From an uncultured Rivularia sp. (GTDB lineage Bacteria > Cyanobacteriota > Cyanobacteriia > Cyanobacteriales > Nostocaceae): a DNA stretch of 64,000 nt. The stretch's first letter is position 1. Each line of letters begins with the position of its first letter. Made by a program: the position numbers and the translations under genes. The notes beneath the pieces were generated by a model, which ran no database searches, had not been told where the DNA came from, and worked only from the letters and a program-made list of their open reading frames with translations. Positions 63,515 to 64,000 of the stretch are shown in pieces. The DNA lies in the NCBI GenBank assembly GCA_963665115.1, contig OY762007.1, forward strand, positions 3,968,001 to 4,032,000. The letters run 5' to 3'.

Positions 63515-64000
63515 TCACCCATCACCAAACCCCAAATCCATACCTTTCCCGGCGTGAACTAAAGCTAATTTCTCGTAGCGTTTGGCGTGTTCGATTAGTT
63601 CTGCTACTTCTTGGGGAGAATTTTGACGTATTACTTTACCAGGAACTCCAATTACTAAAGATGAAGGAGGTACGTCTTTAGTTACTACCGCACCTGCACC
63701 AATTATGCTTCCGGCTCCTACACGTACTCCATCAAGTACTATTGCACCAATACCGATTAAACTTCCGCGTTCGATGTATGCGGAATGCACTACGGCTCGA
63801 TGTCCAATGGTAACGTGGTCTTCTAAAATAGTAGGTTGACCGGGGTCGCCGTGGAGAATTGCTCCGTCTTGTATGTTGGTACATTCACCAATTTCAATGC
63901 GCTCTACGTCACCTCTGACGACTGCGGTATACCAAATGCTTGCCCCCGTTGCAACCAAGACCGAACCCATCACCACAGCATTCGCTGCAACGAAAGCTGC
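63515..64000 (-). CDS. Gamma carbonic anhydrase family protein (5' end outside the window)
   Basis: VRGD, TNIQDG, LHGD, IGH, VHSA hexapeptide repeats; frame open to the window edge ([12 protein letters not shown]). Confidence 0.93.
   Translation of the reverse strand, partial: AAFVAANAVVMGSVLVATGASIWYTAVVRGDVERIEIGECTNIQDGAILHGDPGQPTILEDHVTIGHRAVVHSAYIERGSLIGIGAIVLDGVRVGAGSIIGAGAVVTKDVPPSSLVIGVPGKVIRQNSPQEVAELIEHAKRYEKLALVHAGKGMDLGFGDG

Noticed and set aside
63337..63681. ORFs 63337-63528 (-) and 63403-63681 (+)
   Set aside because: Products of the CTTGTCCY octamer array and antisense overlap with the gamma-CA gene.

Overview
AT-rich chromosomal window from a filamentous, most likely heterocyst-forming (Nostocales-type) cyanobacterium. 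The assignment rests on split rpoC1/rpoC2, psbY, many HIP1 octamers (GCGATCGC) and abundant 7-8 bp short tandem repeats. From left to right it holds: a CAAX-type protease; a ~15 kb cellulose-synthase-type locus (porin, TPR protein, GH8, BcsB, BcsA, two unknown envelope proteins and a GH5-CBM2 glucanase); the rpsT-tatD-rpoB-rpoC1-rpoC2 core cluster; an accessory block (2OG-Fe(II) oxygenase divergent from a choline/carnitine O-acyltransferase, two membrane Ser/Thr kinases, a class A beta-lactamase-like protein, a HAD remnant); hisC; a PARG-like TIGR02452 protein; an ArnT-like GT; a methyltransferase; hypotheticals; an amino-acid racemase with broad-spectrum-racemase-like features; a NACHT-pentapeptide protein; a DUF3685 regulator; a flavoprotein lacking its redox cysteines; cobD; HU; pilMNOQ; folC; psbY; and a partial gamma-CA-family gene. 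Five genes (rpoB 5' end, acyltransferase, racemase, pilQ, pilN) are each broken by one extra base in a short homopolymer, which most likely reflects assembly error. The best candidates for undescribed biology are the oxygenase/carnitine-acyltransferase pair, the cellulose export machinery with a separate TPR protein and porin, the Bsr-like cytoplasmic racemase, and the kinase-kinase-PBP module. No rRNA, tRNA, CRISPR array or transposase was recognised. All family assignments come from motif reading, not database searches.
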